DNA from: Octopus bimaculoides
Lineage: Eukaryota
Length of the DNA stretch: 34,640 nt
NCBI RefSeq assembly: GCF_001194135.2
Contig: NC_068985.1
Span: 59,245,870-59,280,509, forward strand
Reading direction: 5' to 3'
The notes under the pieces are model-generated. The model saw only the letters and a program-made list of their open reading frames with translations. It was not told the DNA's origin and searched no databases. Made by a program: the position numbers and the translations under genes. How positions within the stretch are numbered: position 1 is the stretch's first letter; every line of letters starts with the position of its first letter. This document shows, piece after piece, positions 12,034 through 24,323 of this stretch.

Positions 12034-12800
12034 TGGAATTTCAGTTTAGAAAGACATTTTGAAGATGTTTGCAAAAAACAAGAGTAAGAGAAGAAAACAT
12101 ACCATCTCGACTATGTTGCTGTTCAACAGATTAGTGAATCAAACAAGAATATAAAATCTAATTGAAGGGATAGTAGTAATTTCAAAAATAGAGGAAGGTA
12201 GATTTAGTAGTGGTGGACAGCAGGTTAGGGGTAAATCAAGCATGAGGGGAAAGAAAAAAAAAGGAAATGGAATGACAATACCCTAAGGAGTGGTAAGAAT
12301 TTGGAAAAAAAATTTAAGGTAAGGGAATTAAGGTCAAGGTATTAAAGAAATATATCTATTCTACAGTATAATTAGAATAATACAATGAAACACTAAATTA
12401 CTAAATTTAAAACTATAGGGAACAATAATAATTAGAACAAGATAAACATATCTAGTTAAAATAAGATATACATTAATGTGGGGTAGTATTATTTATGAGT
12501 AAAACCATAATATCAATGGCCAAAACCCGAACAGAAAGAAAGTGGGGAAGAAGGAAGAGGAAAAAAGGGGGGAGGAATAAAGACTAGAAAGACAGGACTA
12601 AATTAAGAGAATTAAAGCTAAGGTTTTCGAAAAAGTAATAGGTAGAAGAGACTCAGAATTACCTAGAGAAAATGTAGGAATACTATCAGTGGGTTGGGAA
12701 AGGTTAAAATGTATTCTAAGTTTATATTAAAAGTTATAACTCGAATAAAATAGTTATTAGTTAGAAAAATGAGAGAAACTAAATTAAAAATTAGCAAGAT

Positions 12801-13350
12801 TTACTTTTTAAAATATTTAAAGGTGCGGGAGTAACAATGCACACATAGAACCCTAAGGTCAAATTTATTATTAATTAGATTAGGATTATCCTTAAGTTTA
12901 AAGATTTCGTAAATTTCCATAGAGCACAGTCCACAGCCATATCTAGTATTTCTATAAGGTTGTGCTCTCCTGACGATTTACCATTTAAGATTAAAATCGA
13001 TACCATTTTCCTTTAATTCCCAAATTTTATTAGATAATGATGTGCTATTGGCTTTATGTTTAAGTCTAAATGAAGAAAAATGATTATATAATCGTTGTTT
13101 AAGGTTGATCGTGCAACCAACATAAATGTAATTATTAGTTGGAGTAGTTACTGTACATTTATAGACTACATTACGGGTCAAACAACGGCCAGATACCGGA
13201 CAGTGGTCTTTAATTCTACAATTGCAATTAAGGAGCTTATTAGCTATATATATATTGCTATGTTGATTTTTGATACAAGTATCAATATTGCTGGTTGTAT
13301 TATTAGATATGCAATTGATATTGGTTTAATTCTATTACAACAATAATAAT
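12801..13350 (-). pseudogene. GIY-YIG endonuclease of a Penelope-like element
   Basis: CNCRIKDHCPVSGRCLTRNVVYKCTVTTPTNNYIYVGCTINLKQRLYNHFSSF...W*IVRRAQPYRNTRYGCGLCSMEIYEIF...LCVH...KK*. This is the VVY-YVG motif plus the Cys/His pattern of Naiad-type PLEs. In-frame TAA at 12978-12980. Confidence 0.85.
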
Positions 13351-13895
13351 TTTTCCTTCATCCAATTCTATATCAACAATTACTATTCTAGCATTTCTCC
13401 TATACTCCTTAACAAAGCTCTCATATTTGCTAAAAATAGATCCCTAATTGCTAGAGAAAAAATTGACATAATTCTTTTAGCTAGAAAAACCATCATCGAA
13501 TTCGAAGATAAACTCTGGACCAGATCTGACACCTCTGAAAACTTTGATATCCCGATGGGATCGAGTGATTCGGCTGAGATAACAAATTTGGTAGGAGCGT
13601 ATCTTTTATATTGCCTAAATAGGGAAATTCCTGAACTCCAAGGAGGCCTTTACAGGGATGATGCGTTATTTATCATCCCCACCAACAACAAATCAACCAT
13701 AAAGAGAATGAGAAAGAATATTAGAAAATTCTTTAAAAGCTTTAACCTTTGCATTACTTTTGAATATGGTACTAAAATCGTTAACTTTCTTGATACCACT
13801 CTTAATATTAGCTCTAAATTGCACTATCTCTGTAGAAAGGAAAATGAAGTCACTAAGTATGTAAATACATCATCGAATCACCCCACAAATATTTT
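13351..13895 (+). pseudogene. Penelope-like (Naiad-like) reverse transcriptase fragment, inverted relative to the endonuclease half
   Basis: The frame is open from about 13357: FIQFYINNYYSSISPILLNKAL...FDIPMGSSDSAEITNLVG...GLYRDDAL...VNFLDTTLN...YVNTSSNHPTNI. It has the YRDD catalytic motif and the PLE thumb motif SxHP. Confidence 0.85.
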
Positions 13896-14122
13896 AATAT
13901 TCAGGAGACTGAATATTACGGTTTATTATTTGTATTATTATATGCTCGAGTGAAGGGTTTCCAGATTGATTAGAATATGATTAGGGATAAATAAAGTAAA
14001 AGAAAACTAGAATAAGTAAAGTAAAAATAAAGATGATTGACGAAAGATAAATATAAGGTAAATTCATAGTTAATAAAAAATAAAACATTCATTCAAAAGG
14101 TATAAATAAAATAATAAAAATT

Positions 14123-14156
<34 letters not shown>

Positions 14157-14431
14157 AATTCACACGCACGCTCACACACATACACACATATACATATACA
14201 TGCAGACACACATATACATATATACATGTATACACGCATACACCCATACATATACATACATGCATATACATACGCACATATGTATAAAAAAATATACGTG
14301 CATACATATATATACGTACATACACGCTAATACACATATACATCAATATGCATATATACGCACGTTCATACGTCTACATATATAGATGCACACGCGCACA
14401 TACATATATACAAACGCATGTGAGCACAAAT

Positions 14432-14486
<55 letters not shown>

Positions 14487-14491
<5 letters not shown>

Positions 14492-14720
14492 TTAGCCAGA
14501 GGTCAACTGACAGTAAATCAAAACCATTTAATTCCAAGATGCATTTATGTTTCACAACGTAATTAATTTAATAAAAGCATCTAAATATGAAACATCATGG
14601 AACTTGTCGAAGCTGAAGTCCTTCTTGAGCGACACCTTTTTCCGTTCGAGTCAATACAAGAATTACAGACAGTATTTATGGAACTTTGATTTACTGTCCG
14701 GTCACTTATGGCCAACTCTG
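14487..14720. mobile_element. Tc1/mariner-type MITE (234 bp) with TA flanks
   Basis: Left TA|CAATGTTAGCCAGAGGTCAACTGACAGTAAATCAAA versus reverse-complemented right TA|CAGAGTTGGCCATAAGTGACCGGACAGTAAATCAAA: about 36-bp TIRs with 8 mismatches and a 14-bp exact core. Confidence 0.7.
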
Positions 14721-14992
14721 TATATATATCTATATGCGTGTGTGTACATAAATACGCACACACATACATAACATTTATCTACACATACCATGATAATTTA
14801 CGTACATACATTCACATAAGTACAGGAAAAAGGAAAGTACCTAAAGTCATTTACATATATGATTAAATAGCATGTGAAATAGTTTATAGGAATATGTGGA
14901 ATTACAGTTACGCGCACACAAATCGATTTACATACATATACACATATACACGAATACATAGATACTCACGCAAACAAACGCATGCGCATACG

Positions 14993-15286
14993 TAATTGTG
15001 ACCCTATGCTTATCGCAGTTCACCTATCGCGGTTCACCTATCGCGGTTCACCTATCGCGGTTCACCTATAGCGGTTCACCTGTCGCGGTTCACCTATCGC
15101 AGTTTATTATTTAAGCTTACGTCGTTTCCTACGTAGTGTTGATTTGCATTTATAATATGATAAATATATACAAATTATAAAAATGATGCAAAAAATATAC
15201 AGTACTGTACTGTTTCTACTTCGCAGATTTTCATCAATTGCGTGGGCTTTTGGAATGTAACACCCGCGACAGTCGAGGGATTATTG
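14993..15286. mobile_element. pogo/Tigger-like MITE
   Basis: The right end, reverse-complemented, reads TA|CAATAATCCCTCGACTGTCGCGGG. The left end is degenerate (GTGACCCTATGCTTATCGCAG) and shares the TATCGCGG motif. The family call is from memory of pogo-like TIRs. Confidence 0.6.
15009..15103. repeat. 14-bp tandem repeat (TATCGCGGTTCACC), about 7 units
   Basis: Unit starts at 15011, 15025, 15039, 15053, 15067, 15081 and 15095. Confidence 0.95.
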
Positions 15287-15685
15287 TACATTCAATAATG
15301 TTTAGTTCTATGAAAAGATATAAGAGAGGAGAGAAATATGTAAGCGGAAAATAGTTTTGAAGTATACAGAAAATACGCAAATAGATGAGCACATATCAAT
15401 TTCAATTATATACATATAATATATACATATACACACACATATATATATATATACATAAATGATCATACATATGCATACATATACGCATATACACATATTT
15501 ATGTATATNNNNNNNNNNNNNNNNNNNNNNNNNNNNNNNNNNNNNNNNNNNNNNNNNNNNNNNNNNNNNNNNNNNNNNNNNNNNNNNNNNNNNNNNNNNN
15601 NNNNNNNNNNNNNNNNNNNNNNNNNNNNNNNNNNNNNNNNNNNNNNNNNNNNNNNNNNNNNNNNNNNNNNNNNNNNNNNNNNNNN

Positions 15686-15731
<46 letters not shown>

Positions 15732-16207
15732 GCATACATACACATAGATGTTAATGATTAACATACAGCGTATATTCAATGGTTATTTAACGGTTACTAA
15801 GAATATGTAGAGGTGGTTATTAATATAAGGCAATGGGGACAACAGAAATTTGAGATGTAATGGTTAGAGTCATTATTATTAGTATTTTAGTTAAGTAAAT
15901 ATTTGGGAGGAATTAGAGGAATTAAAGCTTCAAAGGGTTTTAACAAATTCTTCGGTGAGACGCACGTCTTAATGTCAAACAGTTTAAGTGCCAGGGAAAG
16001 ACCACTGTTAGACTGCCGGTTCGATAATAGTATGACTGAGGAGTCTAACACAGATCGTGTGTGAGCATGTATAGATTAAATAAAATGAGACAACAAAGCC
16101 AAGGCAGTGTGAAATTTCTAGAACATTTTATAAACAGAAGGTTAGTCTTACAGCTGTTTCAGGAATATGTATATAATTATTTGTATATACATGTATATAT
16201 ATATATA

Positions 16208-16252
<45 letters not shown>

Positions 16253-17874
16253 GCATATATACATATCCTATCATCAGAGATGATATCTCCGAAACTGCTG
16301 TAAGACTACCATTCTCTTTTTAAAATGTCCTACAAATTTCACACTGCTTTCAAATATAAAGGATAAATCTTTTTATTTTAATAAATTTACATTAATAATG
16401 GAAACCAAAATATTTACATTGTTTCTTTTGTTATAATTGTGGTAGAATGAGTTTAGGAAATAACGCATACCATGCTAAGACTACTATAATTTAGAGAGTA
16501 GAAAAGGGAATAGCGGAAGTCAAGATAAAAAGAGTAGTGACGTAATTACTTATATTTAGAAGATTTTATGTAGTATGTAGTCTTCAACCATTCGGAATTA
16601 AATCCATTAAGAGTTGTCAACTGTATTCTAGTTAATGACGATAAATCATTTCAGGTCAGACAATCTACTAGACTCCCAATGTACTGGAACCATATATCTA
16701 GCTACATCTACATAAAAGGGTAGATTGGTAGTAAGAAAATGTCTGATGGGGAAGAGTTGGTAAATGGAAGAAAGAAGGATAGGGGTGGCCAATACTTAAT
16801 TAGATTATCAAGTAAAGGGGCATATAATGAAAAACCAGAAGTGATAAGTAATATAAACTTTAAAGGTGGAAATTAGAATTGAAGGATACGGGCGGTAGTA
16901 GTCTATAACTTAGCAAATGTATAATATTAAATTGTGAAAATTTAGATCAATATATGTAGATTAAGGATAGAAATTAAACTTAAAACCTAATAACGGGATG
17001 CCTTAATATATAAGAAAAAAAATTAAGAATAGTCTAAGCGTATTGTTTAGAAGCAATAAAAAGAACTATTCTCTTTATTACTGGTGGATACGTACAAGAT
17101 ATCGTAAAATATGATATCGAATATAAGGAGTAATTGAATTAGAGGTATACTAAATGTATAAGGGAGTATGTTGGGAAGCAGCACCTAAACAAATTTGGGC
17201 ATGTCAATATTTAATGAATATTCCATGATTAAAAATTTACTAAAATATGGATTCCCATATACAGTGAATTATATTAAAAGACCTTATAAAAAATTATTCA
17301 TAAATTACAAACACTAGGAAAGTATATAGAAAATATACAACTGTTTAAAGATATCAAATATAGATATAAAAAATACAAAACATAACGTGCAATTATAAAT
17401 GTAAAAAAAAATATTGTTTTATACAGTGAGCTTTATGAACAGAGATTATAAACTCTTCATAAGCTATAGCAGCTACACAAATGTATAAGAGGGTATATAA
17501 ATACCTAAATTTAATAATACAAAATAAAAGAAAAAATTAAAATTTTATAAAAGTTTTATAAAATATTGCTTTACTGAATGATATAAAAGGTATAACAGAG
17601 ATACGAATATGGATAAGTCAAAATAAAATAAGATAAGGATTATTTTATAAGTTATGATATAAATTGTATTGGTGTATTGAAACGAATTCTTAGATATGTT
17701 ATGACTATAGATACCATATAAAATAAAATAATTGAAAAAAGGATACCTATGGAAATGTGTCTATAAAATATTTCTAAAATACATCAAATACACTGATCTA
17801 GATAGAATAATAACAGATCTTCTATTATCTCGAAATCTATGTAGTATTGCTTTCTAATAACCATTAACCCATTT

Positions 17875-17960
17875 GATCACAGTGATTTCGCATTTATATT
17901 AATGCTTGTTAGGTGAGAGTCACTAACGAGCATTTATATAAATGCAAATTCATTGTGATC
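17875..17960. repeat. 86-nt hairpin (38-bp inverted repeat with 5 differences)
   Basis: GATCACAGTGATTTCGCATTTATATTAATGCTTGTTAG versus reverse-complemented arm GATCACAATGAATTTGCATTTATATAAATGCTCGTTAG. The loop can extend the stem by GTGA/TCAC. Confidence 0.9.
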
Positions 17961-18167
17961 TGGCAATGCCTAGGCGCTGAGGGAGCTTCCCGCTCTTTCA
18001 GTCATTAAAATACGGTGCTTCTTCTGGCTATGAGTTGTTTTAACTCTTATCTCTAGCAATACTGGTGTTGATTAGTGTCCTCAGTCACTTTAGGGACGTA
18101 TGCATTACTGCGTTATGGTTGTAAAATTGCGAACAATCCACCTTCATTATTTATATAATTGTATGTA

Positions 18168-18220
<53 letters not shown>

Positions 18221-18804
18221 ACAATGATGATATTTAAACATCTTATAGGGATATTTATCCAAGATACACTAATTTAATATATCAAATTTTGACGAGGTAG
18301 TTCTTCAATGAATATATTATATAAAATATCGTAAAATATCAAATTTATTCTCGAGTTAGAAAATAGAGAGGTCTAATAGGTACATATTAATTTATTAATT
18401 AATCAACATATTCACCAAGAATTGTTTCATTTCACATACGAAATTAAGATTGTAAAACATATATAAATATATAAATTTGCATTTTAAATACCTTGTATGG
18501 AAAATTATCACGGTTTACAAAGGACAATAGGGATTACATCAAGATGCGTTTGGAATACATAGAATAACAGAATATATATATATAATATAAATATTATTAA
18601 AAATAATAAATATTACTATTCAGCAAGAATAAAGCATCGTGAAAGGTAGAATTATAATATACAAAGTACGGTCGTTGCCAGAAGTAGCAGCCGGTAAATT
18701 ATCGGCGCTATGTAGAGCCCCACTTCGGCAGAGCCTCACTGCGGACGGTGAATATAGAAAAATTCCGTCTTACCGCAACGGAGACCGTTAGAGGAATGAA
18801 GGAT

Positions 18805-18878
18805 AATTCCATACTGCAGTTTCAGACTTTGGAACCACATTCGTAGGGTGAATCCGACTGGTCATCTTCAGTTGAATC
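18805..18878 (-). ncRNA. Type I hammerhead ribozyme (orphan)
   Basis: Minus strand: GAUUCAA CUGAAGA UGAC..41 nt..GUCU GAAA CUGCAG UA / UGGAAUU. The core is intact and stem III is a 6-nt palindrome. There is one mismatch in stem I and a U.U pair at the base of stem II. Confidence 0.65.
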
Positions 18879-20005
18879 CACCATGAACGGGAAATTTTTA
18901 AATATTGATTATATCTTTGCCTGTTTACACGGCTGAAAACCCCAATTTCGAACCCAAAACATTGAAAAGATATGCAAGAGATAACTTACCAGCTGCTATT
19001 TCTAGTAATGATNNNNNNNNNNTATATATATATATATATATTCATAAATTATGTGTTGGCGTAAGCATCTGAAAACTTAATCATAGGAGTTTGCAGTGTA
19101 TTTATCATAATATTTCTAAACTATTATTTGTCCTTCCTACATTGTTTTCACCATAGGAATAGTGCGTTAATATAATTATAGCTCCATTCATGGTTGTAAA
19201 CTGAAGGCATTCTCACGGAAAGGAGGGGGGAAATTAAAGAAATAGCAGTAATGAAACATACAGATTTAAAGGCAAAACTGTCGGATTTAACGTTGAAATG
19301 ACAAACGGTGACCCTTTCCAGAAGGTCAGTCAACAACGATGTAGCTGAACTCTATGTCTGAAGGTTCAAAAATGCAAAACAGCTTGAGGTCTATAAAAAC
19401 CTCACCAGTAGCTAATATTTGACAGATCCAACGGAATTGTATTAGCGACCTGGTCACACGTGTGCAACAAACATTTTCACACCTTCAGAAATCAATGATA
19501 AATGTATATGATATATGATATATTTATGTGTGTGTGTGTTCATGTGGGTGTAGGTGTGTGTGTGTGATGTTGACATATTTATATGTGTGTGCGTGTGTAT
19601 GTATACATACGCACACACACATGCACAAACACGCGCACACTAACACAGACATATGCATTCATCCATTATATATATATATATATATACATACATGGATATA
19701 CATATATATATATATANNNNNNNNNNNNNNNNNNNNNNNNNNNNNNNNNNNNNNNNNNNNNNNNNNNNNNNNNNNNNNNNNNNNNNNNNNNNNNNNNNNN
19801 NNNNNNNNNNNNNNNNNNNNNNNNNNNNNNNNNNNNNNNNNNNNNNNNNNNNNNNNNNNNNNNNNNNNNNNNNNNNNNNNNNNNNNNNNNNNNNNNNNNN
19901 NNNNNNNNNNNNNNNNNNNNNNNNNNNNNNNNNNNNNNNNNNNNNNNNNNNNNNNNNNNNNNNNNNNNNNNNNNNNNNNNNNNNNNNNNNNNNNNNNNNN
20001 NNNNA

Positions 20006-20040
<35 letters not shown>

Positions 20041-21160
20041 TATAACTTTTTGACGAACACACATATATGTCGCTCGAGCAGTTTATTGAAAATAAGAATA
20101 GCTCTTGGTTACTTATGTGGCAACGAACTGTCATTTTCATATGTATTCTAATATTATACAGATATCAACACACAAACACATGCGTGTGTATGTGTGAGTT
20201 TGACTGCGTAAATATATGTGTCTATGCACTAAAGTATAGTCTCATTGTAGTGTTTGTGTGTATGTGTTTGTGTTTGCGTGTAAGTGAGTGTGTGTGCGCG
20301 CGCGCGTGTTCCTGTGTAGAAGTGTGTCTATATATGCTCCCCATTATAATTTGAAATGAAAGTTATCTTCCTCACTGAGAAAACATTCTGAAAGTTTTCC
20401 CAAGAATGAAGAATTCAACATTCTCTGCTCACCTTTATTCTTTTATAATATATGCTATTGTAATTAAATATGAGTCTAGCAATGTTCTCTAGCTGAAACG
20501 AATAATGTCTAGCCGATGTCACAGGACCAAGAATTGCAGAATACAGATGCTATATGTTCATTGTAACAATTATATTTGTTTCTTTGTTCAATGGTTTGAT
20601 TTATATCTTCCTACCTACCTATTGGGTATGCTAAATATATCTCTTATGTATAGATTCACATTCCACAGCGCAAACTGTTGAGATAATGAATGTATTAAGA
20701 AGGATAAATTATAAGGAAGATCGCGAACCACGATGTCTTTTATCATATGTAGCTTGGTCATGTCACACGGTACACACACAACCCAATTCTAGCAAATTTG
20801 GTCCTGTATTGACAAGAACCTTATAAAAGAGATTCAATAAGTCTACGAGATAGTGATTAGGAAACATCAAATAACAGACAAGGAGAAATATGGGGGACAA
20901 TGAGATTGGCTGATAATCGGGGAAAGGGAAGTAGGAGTTTGTCTAGCTTGTTTTTTGGACCCCCCACGGACTTCCTAGGCTGTGGAGCGAAATACAATAC
21001 TCTCTTATAAATATTATTTTTCTCCGGTGAAGTACATTTTGGACAATATGGTAAGAGAGAGCAGTTTATTTTGTGACTTGTATTCCGAGTTGAAATCTTG
21101 ATTTGCATGATTGTCACATTGTAGTCGACAAAAACTCAGAACGTGAATCGTGGTTAGAAT

Positions 21161-21187
21161 TTATCATCATCATCACCATTACTATCA

Positions 21188-21260
<73 letters not shown>
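21161..21260. repeat. (ATC)n/(ATT)n tract forming the 3' junction of R4/Dong copy 1
   Basis: Directly visible; pure (ATT)n from about 21190. Confidence 0.95.
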
Positions 21261-21262
<2 letters not shown>

Positions 21263-22535
21263 GTTTGACTTTTGCCTTGCATTTGTACAAGTTGGATCCA
21301 AGTCTTACCCAGAGACCTCAAAAGACAACAAGTTAGAAGTACATGTAGGTGTTATGCCTAGGGTACCATATATTTGGATTTGTACATAGTGTTGTTCAAG
21401 AGAATGTTTAAGAAACCATAAGAAAATTATGTGTTTGTTTTAAAATTTGAGATCACATAGACGGTATTTTACGTAGGATATGGGCAGTTCCCATGAGCAC
21501 TATCTTTTGAACTTCAGCTATTTTGGGGTTTCCTGGTATCTAAGCTAGGTAGTAATCAGCCCGTTTCGCTTTCATTCCCAGGGCACCAATGACAATTGGT
21601 ATTGTTTTAGTCTTCAGGTTCCACATTTTGCTAATTTCTATTTATATTTGCTCAGTTTTTGGTAGGTCTTGACAGATACGTTTATATCGATTGGGACAGT
21701 CATATCAATGAGGAGGCATGATTTTGTCTGAAGTCTTTCAGTATGATGTCTGGCCTATTTGCGTCTATCTTTCTGTCAGTTTGAATGGTGAAGTTCCAGA
21801 GGAGTACGATGTGATCATTTTCAAATGCTGGGGGTAGTTTGTGTTCCCACCAGTTTTTATCATGGGGCAAGTCCAGGTTCTTGCATATTACCCAGTGAAT
21901 ATATTGTGCAGCTCAATCATGCCTGTTGAGATACTCTGTAGGCGCAAGCAGACTGCACATGGAGACAACATGATCGATGGTCTCATTTTGTTGTTGGCAT
22001 ATACGACATAATGGGGAGCTGCCGTTCTTTAATATGTTGGCCTGGTAGTTCTTTGTAGGTATGCATTGATCTTGGGCTGCTATGATAAACGCCTCTGTTT
22101 CTGATTTCAAGCCAGAGGCCATTAGACATTGTTGGGTAAGGGCTTTGTCAATATCTGCATTATTCGCTCTCTTGGAATTCACTTAGATATTCCTTTGCCT
22201 GTTTTCTTACTGAGTAAGATGCTTACTTGCTTTCATGTTTTGAGACAAGTTTTAGCATCCAGTCCTCAGAGTTTTTCAGATAGGTGTCTAGGCCAATTGT
22301 GGCTACCTTCATTGTTAATGCCAGCTGTAGAAGTCCACGGCCTCCCTCTTTTCTTGGCAGATAAAGACGTTCTATATCTGCCTTAGGGTGGTGCAGTCTA
22401 TGCATTGTCAATAGTTTTCGTATTTTTCTGTCAACATTACATATTTCAGTAATTGACCAGTTAACGATATTGAAACTGTAAGTCAAGACTGGTATGGCTA
22501 GAGCATTGATCGGTTCGATCCTGTTTCTTGCGTTC
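21261..22535 (-). mobile_element. R4/Dong-clade RLE non-LTR retrotransposon, family A copy 1 (3' end; runs into N-gap)
   Basis: Minus frames give CRICQQQNETIDHVVSMC...RHD (zinc knuckle), RPDIILKD and IPGNPKIAEVQKIVLMGTAHILRKIPSM* (stop 21453-21455), then about 190 nt of 3' UTR and (AAT)n. It has an internal deletion of about 140 bp relative to copy 2. Confidence 0.85.
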
Positions 22536-23311
22536 NNNNNNNNNNNNNNNNNNNNNNNNNNNNNNNNNNNNNNNNNNNNNNNNNNNNNNNNNNNNNNNNN
22601 NNNNNNNNNNNNNNNNNNNNNNNNNNNNNNNNNNNNNNNNNNNNNNNNNNNNNNNNNNNNNNNNNNNNNNNNNNNNNNNNNNNNNNNNNNNNNNNNNNNN
22701 NNNNNNNNNNNNNNNNNNNNNNNNNNNNNNNNNNNNNNNNNNNNNNNNNNNNNNNNNNNNNNNNNNNNNNNNNNNNNNNNNNNNNNNNNNNNNNNNNNNN
22801 NNNNNNNNNNNNNNNNNNNNNNNNNNNNNNNNNNNNNNNNNNNNNNNNNNNNNNNNNNNNNNNNNNNNNNNNNNNNNNNNNNNNNNNNNNNNNNNNNNNN
22901 NNNNNNNNNNNNNNNNNNNNNNNNNNNNNNNNNNNNNNNNNNNNNNNNNNNNNNNNNNNNNNNNNNNNNNNNNNNNNNNNNNNNNNNNNNNNNNNNNNNN
23001 NNNNNNNNNNNNNNNNNNNNNNNNNNNNNNNNNNNNNNNNNNNNNNNNNNNNNNNNNNNNNNNNNNNNNNNNNNNNNNNNNNNNNNNNNNNNNNNNNNNN
23101 NNNNNNNNNNNNNNNNNNNNNNNNNNNNNNNNNNNNNNNNNNNNNNNNNNNNNNNNNNNNNNNNNNNNNNNNNNNNNNNNNNNNNNNNNNNNNNNNNNNN
23201 NNNNNNNNNNNNNNNNNNNNNNNNNNNNNNNNNNNNNNNNNNNNNNNNNNNNNNNNNNNNNNNNNNNNNNNNNNNNNNNNNNNNNNNNNNNNNNNNNNNN
23301 NNNNNNNNNNN
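22536..23311. other. Assembly gap (N) inside the R4/Dong array
   Basis: N run; it hides the junction between copy 1 and copy 2. Confidence 0.99.
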
Positions 23312-24323
23312 ACATTTTTGGGGGTTTCCTGGTATCTAAGCTAGGTAGCAATCAGCCCTTTTTGTTATCATTCGAAGGGCACCGATGACAATAAGTATTG
23401 TTTTAGTCTTCAGGTTCTACATTTTGTTAATTTCTATTTCAAGATCTTTATACTTGCTCAGTTTTTGGTAGGTCTTGACAGATATGTTTATATCGTTTGG
23501 GACAGTCATATCAATGAGGAGGCATGACTTTTGTGTGAAGTCTTTCAATATGATGTCTGGCCTATTTGCATCTTTCTGTCAGTTTGAATACTGAAGTTCC
23601 AGAGGAGGGAGATGTGATCATTTTCAAGCACTGGGGGTAGTTTGTGTTCCCACCAGTTTTTATCATGGGGCAAGTCCAGATTTGTGCAACTACCCAGTGA
23701 GTATATTGTGCAGCTCTACCATGCTTGTGGAGATACTCTGTAGGCGCAAGAAAACTGCCCATGGAGACAACATGATCAATGGTCTCATTTTGTTGTTGAC
23801 ATACGCGATATATTGGAAAGCTGCCGTTCTTTAATATGTTGGCCTGGTAGTTCCTAGTAGGTAGACATTGATCTTGGGCTGCAATGATAAACTCTTCTGT
23901 TTCTGACTTTAAGCCAGAAACCACTAACCATTGATGGGTAAGGGCTTTATCAACATCGGCACTATTAGCACTCTTTGTGTTTTTGCCATTGAGAGGTTTT
24001 TCTTGCCATTTATCAGTAAGAATATCTAAGGCAGCAGTTTTAGCACAAGTTTTCATTTGCTTAGCTTTTTCTGTTCTTGTTTCTAGTAAATCTAATTCTG
24101 GAATTTGTTGTATTCGGAATTCACTTAGATGTTCCTTTGATTGTTTTGTTATTGTGTATGATGCTTTCTTGTTTTCATGTTTTGAGACAAGTTTTATCAT
24201 CTAGTCCTCAAAGTTTTTCAGGTAAGTATCTAGGCCAATTATGGCAATCTTCATTGTTAATGCTAGTTGTGAAAGTCCACGGCCTCCCTCTTTCTTGGCA
24301 GATAAAGTTTTTCTATATCTACC

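Larger units (their letters stand above)
11939..13350 (-). mobile_element. Penelope-like element (Naiad-like), 3' half: linker, GIY-YIG endonuclease, 3' UTR and hammerhead
   Basis: Endonuclease translation (see 12801..13350), about 770 nt of pyrimidine-rich 3' region on the sense strand, and a terminal hammerhead. Confidence 0.75.

Noticed and set aside
12801-13250. Possibility that this is a selenoprotein-encoding Naiad
   Set aside because: The conserved Cys positions are ordinary TGT/TGC codons, and the in-frame stop is TAA at a non-Cys position.
16031-16100. CTGAGGAGTCT...AGAC on the plus strand, a possible third hammerhead
   Set aside because: There is no GAAA after stem II and no stem III or stem I partner; at best a broken remnant.
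16400-17860. Very AT-rich tract with faint Penelope-like hints (e.g. KNLLKYGFP) and a GAAA...GUC motif near 16640 on the minus strand
   Set aside because: The motifs are too degenerate and inconsistent in frame and order; an HMM search would be needed.
20465-20515. ATGAGTCTAG...GCTGAAACG...GTC hammerhead-like string
   Set aside because: The CUGANGA core is absent and stem I does not pair.
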